Below are positions 7,268-17,131 of a stretch of 64,000 nucleotides of DNA, piece after piece. Position 1 is the stretch's first letter. Each line of letters starts with the position of its first letter. Under the pieces are notes generated by a model. That model made no database searches. It was not told the origin of the DNA and saw only the letters and a list, made by a program, of their open reading frames with translations. The position numbers and the translations under genes were made by a program. This DNA is from Dehalococcoidia bacterium (GTDB lineage Bacteria; Chloroflexota; Dehalococcoidia; UBA2979): positions 2,144,001 to 2,208,000 of the forward strand of contig OZ244720.1 in NCBI GenBank assembly GCA_965219085.1, in the 5' to 3' direction.

Positions 7268-9886
7268 TCACTCCTCCTCCGAAGCGACCTGGTCCCACTC
7301 CAGGCAACCGCGGGTGCTATAGAAGCCTGCGTCCGACGGCAAGATCTCGACGATGACCGGGCTCTCCGAATCATCCGGGTGGTGAGCCCTTCCGGTGGAG
7401 ATGCTCCCAACGTACTCGCCGTAGCGCTCACCGGTGAATGCGCCGATCCGGATCCATTCGCACGAGCGTTCCGGATGCAATGCCGCTCGGTAGTTCCCTG
7501 GTGCAATGTCCACCCCCACGATGTACATGCCCGTACCGAAGGACTGAGCCGGAGTCGCTACCCACGTGAGCTTGCTGGTCCACTCTCCGCACCCGTACGT
7601 CTGGAACCCAGCGTCAGTGGGGTGGATGTCGACGATCGCCAGATAGGGGTTGCTGTACCGGGCGATGTGCGAACCGATGGGGCCGTGGGCGATGATGTCG
7701 AAGGGGATCCCTTCATAGGTGTCACCTCCGCCGAACCCATCGAGGCGCGCCCATCCACAGGTCCGCGACGGGGCGTACGCCCGGTAGCGTCCAGGTTCGA
7801 TATCGATGCCCACGATGTAGACGCCGTCCCCTAACGGTTCGCCCGGCGTAGTGACCGGTGTCAGTTCGTTCGACCACGTACCGCAGCCGCGGCTCGTGAA
7901 GCCCACGTCGGAACGGTCGATGTCAGCGATCGGGTCCCACCCCCTCGACGTGGCGTACAACCCCTCGTAGGCGCCTCTGGTCCCGCCAAAGTCGTAGAGC
8001 CGCAACCAGAAGCATTCCTCGGTCCCATGGGTCGAATCGGTCGCGCGGTAGCGGCCCGGCTCAATGTCGACACCGACGATGTACGTGCCGTCCGGGAAGG
8101 GCTGGCCGGGGGTCACGATGGGCGAGAGGTCGTCGGACCACGTGCCGCAGCCGCTTGAGTAGAACCCGGCGTCCTCAGCGTCGATGTCCACGATCGAGGT
8201 GCGGTCGCTTCTCCGGCCGACCCACCCGTGGCGGGTCTCGCCGTACTCGCCGAGGAAGTCACTGAGCCGGAACCAGTAGCACGAGTCGGACGGCGTTTGC
8301 GCCCGGTAGCGGCCGGGCGCGACCTCGGCGCCCACGATGAAGGTCCCATCGCCGAAGGGCTGACCCGGCGCGACGGTCGGCCCCAGGTCATCGGACCACA
8401 TTCCGCAACCCTCGCTATAGAAGCCAGCATCCCCCGGTTGGATGTCGACGACGGTGCTGATGTCCCCACCGAGCACGGTCGACCCCCAAACGCTGCCCAG
8501 AGTGCTCCTGATGTCACGGGGGCCGTACCTGTTGTACTCCCGGAAGATTCGGAAGTCCGACAGCCGAAGCCAGAGGCAGGAGGCAGATGGATCGCTCGCC
8601 CGGTACCGGCCCGGCGCGATGTCCATTCCGACGATGTACGTTCCGTCTCCGAAAGGTTCGCCGAGGGTTGCAACGGGTGCCAGCTCCTCCGACCACGTGC
8701 CACAACCATCGCTGGTGAAACGCGTTTCGGATGGGTCGATGTCCGCGACCGTGAGCGGCAGCCTGATCGGTACACGGTCGGCGTCGCGCTCCTTCCCCGA
8801 AGCAACCGGCTCGGGTTCGAGCGTACTGACGCTCCACGAGCACTCCGCAGAGGGTGCGCTCGCGCGGTAGCGGCCCGGAAAAACGTCGATGCCGACACGG
8901 TGGTCGCCGTCCCCGAACGACATGAGCGTCCATGGCCGCCACTCGCCGCAACCACTGGAGACGAAGCCAGTGTCGGTTGGCTCGATCTCGACGATGAGCG
9001 TGTGGCTGTCGGTGACGAGATCTTCATAGGCGCCGCTGAAGCCACTCAAGCGGCTCCACTCGCAGCCGTCCGTGTAAGTGGTCGTCCGGTAGCGCCCCGC
9101 CTCGACGTCCAGGCCGACGATGTACGTGCCGTCTCTGAACTCACGCACCGGCGTGGTCTCCGGCGCCAGTTCGCCCGACCAGGTTCCGCATCCAACGCTG
9201 AAGAAAACGGTGTCTGTTGGTAGGATATCCACCACGGTCATTGCCGAACGGCCGGACTCGGAGCCACGGAAATCGCTGAAGCGCGCCCACACACATGACT
9301 CCCACGCCCCCTCAGCCCGATAGCGGCCCGGCGCTATCTCCTCCCCGACCACGAACGTGCCACGACCGAAAGGCTCTCCCGGTGACACGACCGGCGCGTA
9401 GGGCTCCCAGAGCCCGCATGCGCTGCTCCGGAAGTCCTTGTCAGAGGGATCGAGGTCGACGATCGTGACCCCGCTGCCCTCTCTGTAGTTCCACTTGGAG
9501 TCTGTGATTCTCCAACTGCATTCGCCACCGTCCGTCAGCGCGCGATAACGGCCCGGTGCAACATCGGAGCCGATGCCATGCTCACCGTCATCGAAGCGCG
9601 TCAGCGGCCCGGGGATAGCTGTGGGGGTCGGTGCCGGCGTGGCTGTCGGCGACGCGGTAGACGCTGGCGTCGGCGTTGTCGGGATGGGAGTGGTTGTGGG
9701 GTCGGAGGTCGGAGTGGCCGTCTTCGGCGATGGCGTCTCGGCGTCTGCCGGTTCACCTACAGGAGTCGCTGTCGCTGTCGCAACGCTCGGCGGCGGGGTG
9801 GCCAGAGGTTCGTCGTCGTCCCCGCCGCCAAGACAGCTCGCGAGCAGCATGACACCGGCACCGATGGCGAACAGCCGCAGCCACAT
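7268..9886 (-). CDS. Lipoprotein with Pro/Thr linker and nine tandem ~70-100 aa two-cysteine domains
   Basis: Lipobox LLASC; repeat FxDGTYIVGxDIxPGRYRA..C.W.R....IVDI...D.GF.S.GCG.W occurs nine times. Confidence 0.85.
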   Translation of the reverse strand: MWLRLFAIGAGVMLLASCLGGGDDDEPLATPPPSVATATATPVGEPADAETPSPKTATPTSDPTTTPIPTTPTPASTASPTATPAPTPTAIPGPLTRFDDGEHGIGSDVAPGRYRALTDGGECSWRITDSKWNYREGSGVTIVDLDPSDKDFRSSACGLWEPYAPVVSPGEPFGRGTFVVGEEIAPGRYRAEGAWESCVWARFSDFRGSESGRSAMTVVDILPTDTVFFSVGCGTWSGELAPETTPVREFRDGTYIVGLDVEAGRYRTTTYTDGCEWSRLSGFSGAYEDLVTDSHTLIVEIEPTDTGFVSSGCGEWRPWTLMSFGDGDHRVGIDVFPGRYRASAPSAECSWSVSTLEPEPVASGKERDADRVPIRLPLTVADIDPSETRFTSDGCGTWSEELAPVATLGEPFGDGTYIVGMDIAPGRYRASDPSASCLWLRLSDFRIFREYNRYGPRDIRSTLGSVWGSTVLGGDISTVVDIQPGDAGFYSEGCGMWSDDLGPTVAPGQPFGDGTFIVGAEVAPGRYRAQTPSDSCYWFRLSDFLGEYGETRHGWVGRRSDRTSIVDIDAEDAGFYSSGCGTWSDDLSPIVTPGQPFPDGTYIVGVDIEPGRYRATDSTHGTEECFWLRLYDFGGTRGAYEGLYATSRGWDPIADIDRSDVGFTSRGCGTWSNELTPVTTPGEPLGDGVYIVGIDIEPGRYRAYAPSRTCGWARLDGFGGGDTYEGIPFDIIAHGPIGSHIARYSNPYLAIVDIHPTDAGFQTYGCGEWTSKLTWVATPAQSFGTGMYIVGVDIAPGNYRAALHPERSCEWIRIGAFTGERYGEYVGSISTGRAHHPDDSESPVIVEILPSDAGFYSTRGCLEWDQVASEEE

Positions 9887-10071
9887 CGGGGAACCCCTGC
9901 GCTTATGCCAGCCGACGCTGCGTCGCCCTCAACCATGTATACGACGGGAACGGTCGCGTGGATCCCTCGGAGACGGGGCGAGGCAGCGCACGGCGCAGCC
10001 GCGCGCCGCAGAGCACTGGTGTTCGCGGACGGATGTCCGGCCCGTGGTGCCGGGGTGAACGCTGCGGCTAG

Positions 10072-11364
10072 CAGGGTGCTGAAAAAGGCGCGGCCATCTG
10101 GCAGGATAGCGAAGGCGGCGGGGGCGTAGCCTGGGAGGCAGCCCCGTGCGAGGCGACGCCGAGCGCCAGACCAACATGTTGCTGGCGGTGACGCCGGACT
10201 CCTTCATCCCGGACGACCACCCGATCCGACGCATCAAGCCGATCGTCGATGCAGCGCTGCAGCGGCTCTCGCCGCTCTTCGGCACGATGTACGCAACGAG
10301 CGGGCGGCCCTCGATCCCGCCCGAGCACCTGCTCAAGGCGAGCCTGCTGATCGCGCTCTACTCGATCCGCAGCGAGCGCCAGTTCTGCGAGCGGCTGCGC
10401 TACGACCTGCTCTTCAAGTGGTTCTTGGACCTCAACATCTCAGACGCGCCGTTCGACGCCTCGAGCTTCTCGAAGAACCGCGAGCGCCTGCTCGCAGCCG
10501 ATGTCGCGCGCGCCTTCTTCGCCGAGGTGGTGGCCGAGGCAAAGCGCCGCCGGCTGCTCTCCGCCGAGCACTTCACCGTGGACGGGACGCTGCTGGAGGC
10601 CTGGGCCTCGCTCAAGAGCTACCGCCCGCGCGACGGGCAGGAGCCACCCCCGGGCGGACGCAACCCGGACGTGGACTTCCGCGGGCGGCGGCGCAGCCGC
10701 GATACGCATAGCTCCGGCACCGACCCGCAGGCGCAGCTGTACACAAAGGGAGCGGGGCAGACGGCGAAACTGAGCTACATGGGCCATCTGCTCACCGAGA
10801 ACCGTCACGGCCTGGTGCTGGACGTGGAGTTGACCGAGGCGAACGGGTACGCCGAGCGCGAGGCCGCGGTCACGATGCTGGAGCGCAGCGTGAGCGGCTG
10901 CGGGACGCTGGGCGCCGACCGCGGCTACGACACGCGCGACTTCGTGGCGGAACTGCGCGCGCGCGGCGTGACGCCGCACGTGGCGCAAAACGACCGCGGC
11001 CGCCGCAGCGCCGTGGACGGGCGCACCACGCGGCATCGCGGCTACAGGCAGAGTCAGCAGCGGCGCAAGATCGTGGAGCAGGTCTTCGGCTGGATGAAGA
11101 CCGTGGGCGGCGGGCGCAAGCTGCGTTTCGTGGGCCGCGAGCGCAACCGCGGCTGGCTGGAGCTCACCGCCGCCGCCTACAACCTCGTGCGCATGGCCAG
11201 GCTCGAACTCGCCCCTGCGTAGGCGCAGTGCGCCCTCCGGCCGGTCCGGGAGCCCTCAGAGGCCCCCGGGGGCAGGTCAGGAGGCCACCATCACGAAGCC
11301 GGAGGCGGCTTCAAGCCGCCTCTCGCCACTCCGAGACCCCGGAAGGCGCTTCTTCAGCACCCTG
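10072..11364 (+). mobile_element. IS5-family insertion sequence (~1.3 kb)
   Basis: Terminal inverted repeats CAGGGTGCTGAAAAAG / CTTCTTCAGCACCCTG, flanked by a CTAG duplication (10068-10071, 11365-11368). Confidence 0.92.
10146..11222 (+). CDS. IS5-family DDE transposase
   Basis: GRPSIPPE, SIRSERQ, HFTVDGT, TLGADRGYD, RKIVEQVFGW. Confidence 0.93.
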   Translation: MRGDAERQTNMLLAVTPDSFIPDDHPIRRIKPIVDAALQRLSPLFGTMYATSGRPSIPPEHLLKASLLIALYSIRSERQFCERLRYDLLFKWFLDLNISDAPFDASSFSKNRERLLAADVARAFFAEVVAEAKRRRLLSAEHFTVDGTLLEAWASLKSYRPRDGQEPPPGGRNPDVDFRGRRRSRDTHSSGTDPQAQLYTKGAGQTAKLSYMGHLLTENRHGLVLDVELTEANGYAEREAAVTMLERSVSGCGTLGADRGYDTRDFVAELRARGVTPHVAQNDRGRRSAVDGRTTRHRGYRQSQQRRKIVEQVFGWMKTVGGGRKLRFVGRERNRGWLELTAAAYNLVRMARLELAPA

Positions 11365-12246
11365 CTAGAGCAGGCCGGCGTCGCGGAGCTGCTGCTGCAT
11401 CGTCGCGCCGATGGCCGAGGGGGACTCGGCGACGGCGGCGCCGGCGGCGCGCAGCGCCTCCTTCTTCGCGTCGGCCGTCCCCGCACGCCCCGCGATGATC
11501 GCGCCGGCGTGGCCCATGCGGCGGCCGGGAGGGGCCGTCGCGCCGGCGATGAACGCCGTCACCGGCTTCGACATCTGTGTGATGTAGTCCGCGGCCTCCT
11601 GCTCGGCCGTGCCGCCGATCTCGCCGATGAGCACGACGGCCGCCGTGTCCGGGTCGGCCTCGAACAGCGCGAGCGCCTCGGCCTGCGTGGTGCCGATGAT
11701 CGGGTCGCCGCCCACCCCCACGCTCGATGACTGGCCGATGCCGAGCCGGGTGAGCTGGTCGACCGTCTCGTAGACGAGCGTGCCGGAGCGCGAGATCACG
11801 CCGACGTTGCCGGGGAGGTAGACGTCGGTGGGCATGATGCCGGCGCGCGCCAGCGCCATGGGCGTGATGACACCAGGGCAGTTCGGCCCGATGAGCGTGG
11901 TGCCGGAGCCGGCGAGCGCGCGCTTCACCATCACCATGTCGTGCACCGGGATGCCCTCGGTGATGCAGATCGCGACGGGCACGCCCGCGTCGACCGTTTC
12001 GAGGATGGCGTCGGCGGCGAAGGGCGCCGGGACGAAGATCAGCGAGACGTTCGCGCCGAACTCGTCGACGGCCTCGCGCACGGTGTTACGGACGGGGGTG
12101 TCCTCGATGACCTGGCCGCCGCGGCCGGGTGTGACGCCGCAGACGATCCGGGTGCCGTAGGCGCGGCTGTTGCGCGCCTCGCGCTGCCCGGCGCCGCCGA
12201 AGCCCTGGATGACGACTCGCGTGTTCTCGTCCAGCAGTACGCCCAC
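11365..12246 (-). CDS. sucD: Succinyl-CoA synthetase alpha subunit
   Basis: ITEGIP, IGPNCPG, SRSGTL, GGDP, MGHAGAI. Confidence 0.95.
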   Translation of the reverse strand: MGVLLDENTRVVIQGFGGAGQREARNSRAYGTRIVCGVTPGRGGQVIEDTPVRNTVREAVDEFGANVSLIFVPAPFAADAILETVDAGVPVAICITEGIPVHDMVMVKRALAGSGTTLIGPNCPGVITPMALARAGIMPTDVYLPGNVGVISRSGTLVYETVDQLTRLGIGQSSSVGVGGDPIIGTTQAEALALFEADPDTAAVVLIGEIGGTAEQEAADYITQMSKPVTAFIAGATAPPGRRMGHAGAIIAGRAGTADAKKEALRAAGAAVAESPSAIGATMQQQLRDAGLL

Positions 12247-12317
12247 GTTAGCGCTCCCTCGCGTGTTCTGGTGCGTGTATCAGTCGTTCGATGTCTGCGG
12301 CGGACCCAACGTCGCCA

Positions 12318-13481
12318 TCACGAGCCCCCGGCCGCCTCGACGGCCTTCTGTGCCCCGTCGGCGAACCCGTCGGCGCGGATCAGGTCGATGCCCGACTCGT
12401 CGAGGATGCGGTTGCCGTCGTCGACGTTCGTGCCGGCCAGCCGGATGACCGTCGGCTGTGGGATCAGGCCCTGGTTGCGGGCCGAGACCACGCCTTCCGC
12501 GATCACGTCCGTGCGCGCGAGGCCGCCGAAGATGTTGACGAACACCGCCTTCACGTCCGGGTCGGCGCCGATGATGCGCAGCGCGGCCACGATCGCCTCC
12601 GGGTCGTTCGCGGTCCCGATGTCGAGGAAGTTCGCGGGGTCGCCGCCCTCGAACTTGATGGCGTCCATCGTCGCCATCGCGAGCCCGGCGCCGTTGACCA
12701 TGCAGCCGATGTCGCCCTCGAGCTTGATGTAGTTCTGGATGCCCGCCTCGTCGGCCTCGACCTCCAGCGCCTCCTCCTGCGCGCGGTCGCGCAGCTCGGC
12801 GAGGTCGCGGTGGCGGAACTCGGCGTCGTCGTCGATCGAGAACTTCGCGTCGACGGCGAGCAGGCGGCCGTCGTCGGTGACGACCAGCGGGTTGATCTCG
12901 GCGAGCGAGCCGTCGTTCTCCTGGAATGCGCGGGCGAGGCCCTGGATGAGGGCGACGGCCGGGCGGTTGAGGTCGCCGTCGAGGCCGGTCGCGAAGGCGA
13001 GTGCGCGGGCCTGGAAGCCCTGGAAGCCGGTCACGGGGTCGATGGCCTGGCGGTGGATCTGCTCGGGGTGCTCCTCGGCGACCTCCTCGATCTCCATCCC
13101 GCCGGCCGCCGACGCGATCATCACGGGCTTGCCTTCGGAGTTGTCGATGACCGCGCCGAGGTAGAGCTCGCGAGCGATCTCGATCTGCTCCTCGACCAGC
13201 ACCGCGTCGATGGGCTGGCCACCCGGGCTCTGGAACGTGACGAGCCGCGTGCCGAGGAGCTCCTCGGCGGCGGCGCGTGCCTCGTCGGCGGAGTCGGCGA
13301 GCTTGATACCGCCGGCGCGGCCACGGCCGCCGGCGTGAACCTGCGCCTTGACGACGACCTTGCCGCCGAGGGCTTCAGCGGCCTCGGCCGCCTCGTCGGC
13401 GGTGCGGGCGACGCGGCCCTCGGGGGTAGGCACGCCGTAGCGCGCCAGCAGTTCCTTGGCCTGGTACTCGTGCAGTTTCAT
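12318..13481 (-). CDS. sucC: Succinyl-CoA synthetase beta subunit
   Basis: MKLHEYQAK, KAQVHAGGRG, EINPL, NGAGLAMATMD, NIFGG. Confidence 0.95.
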   Translation of the reverse strand: MKLHEYQAKELLARYGVPTPEGRVARTADEAAEAAEALGGKVVVKAQVHAGGRGRAGGIKLADSADEARAAAEELLGTRLVTFQSPGGQPIDAVLVEEQIEIARELYLGAVIDNSEGKPVMIASAAGGMEIEEVAEEHPEQIHRQAIDPVTGFQGFQARALAFATGLDGDLNRPAVALIQGLARAFQENDGSLAEINPLVVTDDGRLLAVDAKFSIDDDAEFRHRDLAELRDRAQEEALEVEADEAGIQNYIKLEGDIGCMVNGAGLAMATMDAIKFEGGDPANFLDIGTANDPEAIVAALRIIGADPDVKAVFVNIFGGLARTDVIAEGVVSARNQGLIPQPTVIRLAGTNVDDGNRILDESGIDLIRADGFADGAQKAVEAAGGS

Positions 13482-13644
13482 GTGGGGCTCCCGATGCGGG
13501 CGTGACAGGTGGGCGCCTCGCGGATCGGAGGCGGCGCGGCGGATGGTAGCACCTCGGGCGGGGTGCTCAAGGCGAGGTTCGACGGATAAAAAGAAGAGGG
13601 GTACACTAATCCAGTAATGCAAAGGAAGGGACAGGTGGGCGGCT

Positions 13645-14004
13645 ATGGCCCGGTACGCGGACCTCGACGCCGTGGCGGACGATGTGTACGAGCGTGGCGT
13701 CGTAACGATTTCCGCGAGGGAGATCCGCAACGCTTACGGCGCCGAACGGCTCGGCGTGAACGTACGTTCGGCCATTCGTCAGGAACTCAGGGCGAGGGGT
13801 CTGACCCTCTACCCGCCACGAATTCCCGATAGTCAAGGTGACATGGTCAGAATTTATCAGAGCGATGGCCCCGTTGGAGATCTGATTCAAGCCGTCATGC
13901 GTCCGGATCCGTCGAACGACTTTCTCCTGCGGGAAGCCGCTCTGGGTGAAGCGCGGGTGCTCTTGGAGACGATCCGGAACCTGCTGGAGGAGCACGATGA
14001 ATAG
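13645..14004 (+). CDS. Hypothetical protein (accessory, lower GC)
   Basis: Globular-looking 119-aa ORF with a purine-rich upstream region; lies in the insert between sucC and the DUF885 gene. Confidence 0.6.
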   Translation: MARYADLDAVADDVYERGVVTISAREIRNAYGAERLGVNVRSAIRQELRARGLTLYPPRIPDSQGDMVRIYQSDGPVGDLIQAVMRPDPSNDFLLREAALGEARVLLETIRNLLEEHDE

Positions 14005-14248
14005 ACATGAGCAGCATCGAAGGGTACGGAGGAAGGACCGCCTCGACGACCTTGGGACCGCTGGCCGCGCTCAGCGGCTGATGTGCCGCGGTGGCCTTGT
14101 GATTGATGCAGGTGTATCGATTTGTGGCGCCTACATCATGCAGTTCGCTATAGGTGTTGCAGCTGTAGTCGTCGGAGGGCTCATTCTCATCCATCTGTCC
14201 GGCTGACTTCATGCGACTGCCTGGCGCGCGCGTGGGCAGGGGTTCGGC

Positions 14249-14464
14249 CTATTGGCTGGCCTCTACCCTGCCGATCGCCGCCCAGAGATCGTTGCCCACG
14301 GCATCCCAGTCAGATGCAATCGCTTCCGCGTCGGAATCCGGGGGCGTGGTGACGCTGACTCGGGGAGCGAAGACCCCAGCGAAGTCGAAGAGGCTGGCGA
14401 CGCCTTCCAGCAGCGAGGGGCGAGTGCGGCGGCTCTGACGAAACAACTGCCGGTAGCGCCGCAT
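14249..14464 (-). CDS. Small hypothetical protein of a type seen in phage/mobile regions
   Basis: SLLEGVASLFDFAG...DAEAIASDWDAVGNDL amphipathic motif; recognised from memory only. Confidence 0.5.
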   Translation of the reverse strand: MRRYRQLFRQSRRTRPSLLEGVASLFDFAGVFAPRVSVTTPPDSDAEAIASDWDAVGNDLWAAIGRVEASQ

Positions 14465-14468
14465 GGCG

Positions 14469-14547
14469 CCCCATCGGCCCGAGGTCGAACGCCCGGGCGT
14501 GGAACGGCTTCAGGTCGAACGAGGCGCCGTCGCGGCGGCGGGCGGCC
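14469..14547 (-). repeat. Displaced copy of the DUF885 gene 3' region (copy of 15294-15372)
   Basis: 79 bp with 6 mismatches, 4 synonymous; encodes AARRRDGASFDLKPFHARAFDLGPMG. Confidence 0.9.
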
Positions 14548-14575
14548 CGCGGGTGCTCACGGGAGCGGGATCGGG

Positions 14576-15007
14576 TTAGCGCAGGCCTGGCTCGTGGGTG
14601 AAGGGGTTCATCACGGTGACGGTGTCAATGCGCTGCCCGTCGTTGAGATCCTCGGTCAGGAGATAGGTGCATCGGGCCCTGCGGGCGGCCGCCACGATCA
14701 GCGCATCCCAGTGGGAGAGTTGGGCGGATTCCGTGATCTCGAACGCCTGCTGAATGAGGGCTGCGTCGATGGGCTGCGGATCCCATGAGATGAGGTCGTC
14801 GATGTCGGCGCGGGCCTCGACGTGCGACAGACCGGGGGTGAGCCGGCGGGTCACCGTGACGTAGTACTCGTTGAGCACCTGGGCGCTGATACGGCCCTCA
14901 CCGGACGCCCACAGATGGCCCATCCATGCCAGCGCACGCTCCTGCTTCTCGGCGTGATCGGGGTCGCGCGCGTACACGAGGACATTGGTGTCGACGAAGA
15001 CGCTCAC
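14576..15007 (-). CDS. vapC: PIN-domain (VapC) toxin
   Basis: VFVDTNVLVY, QVLNE, SHWDALIVAAA, LLTEDL, NPF. Confidence 0.9.
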   Translation of the reverse strand: MSVFVDTNVLVYARDPDHAEKQERALAWMGHLWASGEGRISAQVLNEYYVTVTRRLTPGLSHVEARADIDDLISWDPQPIDAALIQQAFEITESAQLSHWDALIVAAARRARCTYLLTEDLNDGQRIDTVTVMNPFTHEPGLR

Positions 15008-15231
15008 CGCTCGTGCAGTTCATCACGTGATGGGTAGGGTTCGCCACCGCTCAGTGAAGCGGGCCGACGTCCAAGGTAGGAACGACGAGCCTCTTCGTAG
15101 CGGTCGCCGCGCTGCATGTGCTCCCGTAGCAAACGCCCGACGAAGCGTGAGACGCTCGTGTCGTGCCGGGCCGCCTCGATGCGCGCCCAGCGGGCCGTCT
15201 CATCGTCAAGGGTGATGGTTACGTTTCGCAC
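15004..15231 (-). CDS. Ribbon-helix-helix (CopG-like) antitoxin
   Basis: MRNVTITLDDETARWARIEAARHDTSVSRFV...PSRDELHER; overlaps the toxin start. Confidence 0.85.
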   Translation of the reverse strand: MRNVTITLDDETARWARIEAARHDTSVSRFVGRLLREHMQRGDRYEEARRSYLGRRPASLSGGEPYPSRDELHER

Positions 15232-15258
15232 GATCCTAGTGTAGCACGAACTTCGTGG
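15229..15258. promoter_or_regulatory. Paired palindromic operators over the TA promoter
   Basis: CACGATCCTAGTG and CACGAACTTCGTG overlap and flank a minus-strand TGC-TACACT -10 box 6 nt before the antitoxin GTG. Confidence 0.55.
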
Positions 15259-15260
15259 CC

Positions 15261-16934
15261 CTACCCGCCCAGCTCCCGCCGCATCTGATCCAACCCCATC
15301 GGCCCCAGGTCGAACGCCTGCGCGTGGAACGCCTTGAGGTCGAACGAGGCGCCGTCGCGGCGGCGGGCCGCCTCGCGCGCGTCGAGCCAGGCGCGCTCGC
15401 CTACCTTGTAGCTGATCGCCTGCCCCGGCACGCCGAGGTAGCGATCGACCTCGCTCGCCATGAAGTCGGCCGGGAAGTGGGCGCGCTGCAGCACGAACTC
15501 CAGGCCCAGCTCCGGCGTCCACGTCTCCCCCGGGTGGAAGTGGTCGTGCTCCGCGATCGGCAGCTCGAGGTGCATGCCGATGTCCACCACCACGCGGGCG
15601 CAACGCAGCGCCTGCGCGCGCAGCATCCCGAGGTAGTAGTCGGGGTTCTCGAGGTAGCCGAGCTCGCCCATGAGCCGCTCGGCGTAGAGGCCCCAGCCCT
15701 CCGAGTAGCCGGACGAGCCGCCCATCAGCCGCTGCCAGCGCGAGAGCGCCTCGCGCAGGTAGACGGTCATGCCGATCTGCAGGTGGTGGCCGGGGACGCC
15801 CTCGTGGTACGCGATCGAGACCTCGCCCCACAGCGGGAAGCGCGTCTTGCCGCCCGTCGGGTACCACGTGCGGCCCGGCCGGCTGAAGTCCTCCGAGGGG
15901 CCCGTGTAGTACATCGCGAGCGTGCCGCCGGGCGGCGCGATCAGCGCCTCGATGCGCTGCACCTCCGCGGGCAGGTCGAAGTGCGTGCCGTTGAGCTCGG
16001 CGATGGTCGTCTCCTGGAGCGACTGCATCCACTCGCGGAACGCGTCGACGCCGTCGATGGCGCGCTCCGGGTCGGTCTCGAGGAGTTCCTTGGCGCCCTC
16101 AACGCCGACGCCGGGGGCGATGCGCTCCGCGGTCGCCGCCATCTCGGCCTCGATGCGGTGCAGCTCGGACCAGCCCCACGCGTACGTCTCGTCGAGGTCC
16201 GGCGAGGCGCCGGTGTAGACCTGCACGCCCAGCGCGTAGCGGTCGCGCCCGACGGGATCATGCGGCTCGGCAGCGGGCACGTAGGTCTCCTCGAGGTAAC
16301 GGCCGAAGCCGGCGAACGCCTCGTTGGCGGCGGCAGCGCCGGCGCGCAGCTCGGCGGTCAGCCCATCGCTCACCACGTCCGACGCCTCGAAGTCCGCCAC
16401 GAGCCCGTCGAAGAACGAGGGCGCCCCGCTCGCCCCGCTCCACGTCGCCGCCTGCATCGCGCACGCGGCAGCCTGGCGCTGCGTGCCCGGCGTGCCGCGC
16501 TCGATGCTGGCATCGAGGGTGCGGCGGTAGCCCGCCATCGCCGCGGGCATGGCGGCGAGGCGGGCGGCGATGTTGCTCCAGTGCTCCTCGGTCTCGCGCG
16601 GCATGAGGTCGAAGACGCGCCGCAGCGACTGCGACGGGCTCGCGAGCACGTTGATCGAGCGGTAGTGCTGCCCCGCCGCGTCGAGCTCGAGCGAGAGCCG
16701 CAGTCGCTCCGCCATCGCGTCGCGGGCTACACGGTCGCGGTCGTCCTCGACGGTCGCGGCCTCGAGCGCGGCGAGGGTGTCGCGTTCGAGCTGCGTGCGG
16801 GCCTCGTGGCCGTCGGGCGAGAAGTCGGTCAGCTCGTGCTCGTGGCCGGGGATGCCCATGCTGGTGGCGGCGTTGGGCGAGAGCGCGGCGGAGCGCACGA
16901 CGTAGTCATCGGCGAGGTCGTAGATGGCGGACAT
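15261..16934 (-). CDS. DUF885 family protein (putative zinc peptidase fold)
   Basis: YHEGVPGHHLQ, YSEGWGLYAE, RVVVDIGMH, EVDRY...PGQAISYKVGE; ATG at 16934. Confidence 0.9.
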   Translation of the reverse strand: MSAIYDLADDYVVRSAALSPNAATSMGIPGHEHELTDFSPDGHEARTQLERDTLAALEAATVEDDRDRVARDAMAERLRLSLELDAAGQHYRSINVLASPSQSLRRVFDLMPRETEEHWSNIAARLAAMPAAMAGYRRTLDASIERGTPGTQRQAAACAMQAATWSGASGAPSFFDGLVADFEASDVVSDGLTAELRAGAAAANEAFAGFGRYLEETYVPAAEPHDPVGRDRYALGVQVYTGASPDLDETYAWGWSELHRIEAEMAATAERIAPGVGVEGAKELLETDPERAIDGVDAFREWMQSLQETTIAELNGTHFDLPAEVQRIEALIAPPGGTLAMYYTGPSEDFSRPGRTWYPTGGKTRFPLWGEVSIAYHEGVPGHHLQIGMTVYLREALSRWQRLMGGSSGYSEGWGLYAERLMGELGYLENPDYYLGMLRAQALRCARVVVDIGMHLELPIAEHDHFHPGETWTPELGLEFVLQRAHFPADFMASEVDRYLGVPGQAISYKVGERAWLDAREAARRRDGASFDLKAFHAQAFDLGPMGLDQMRRELGG

Positions 16935-16952
16935 GGGCGTGGTGGCCTCCGG

Positions 16953-17087
16953 CCCGCGGGGTATCCCCGCGCTTGTGCTCCCGCGGGGTATCCCCGCGCT
17001 TGTGCTCCCGCGGGGTATCCCCGCGCTTGTGCTCCCGCGGGGTATCCCCGCGCTTGTGCTCCTGCGGGGTATCCCCGTGTCTGTGCT
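16953..17087. repeat. 27-bp tandem repeat x5 with internal palindrome
   Basis: Unit CCCGCGGGGTATCCCCGCGCTTGTGCT, fifth copy degenerate; no spacers. Confidence 0.95.
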
Positions 17088-17131
17088 GCTGCGATGGCGT
17101 CGCGGTGCGTACCGCGTCGGTCGTGGGTGGA

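Noticed and set aside
16953-17087. CRISPR array (unit resembles type I-E repeats)
   Set aside because: Units are head-to-tail with no unique spacers, and there are no cas genes in the window
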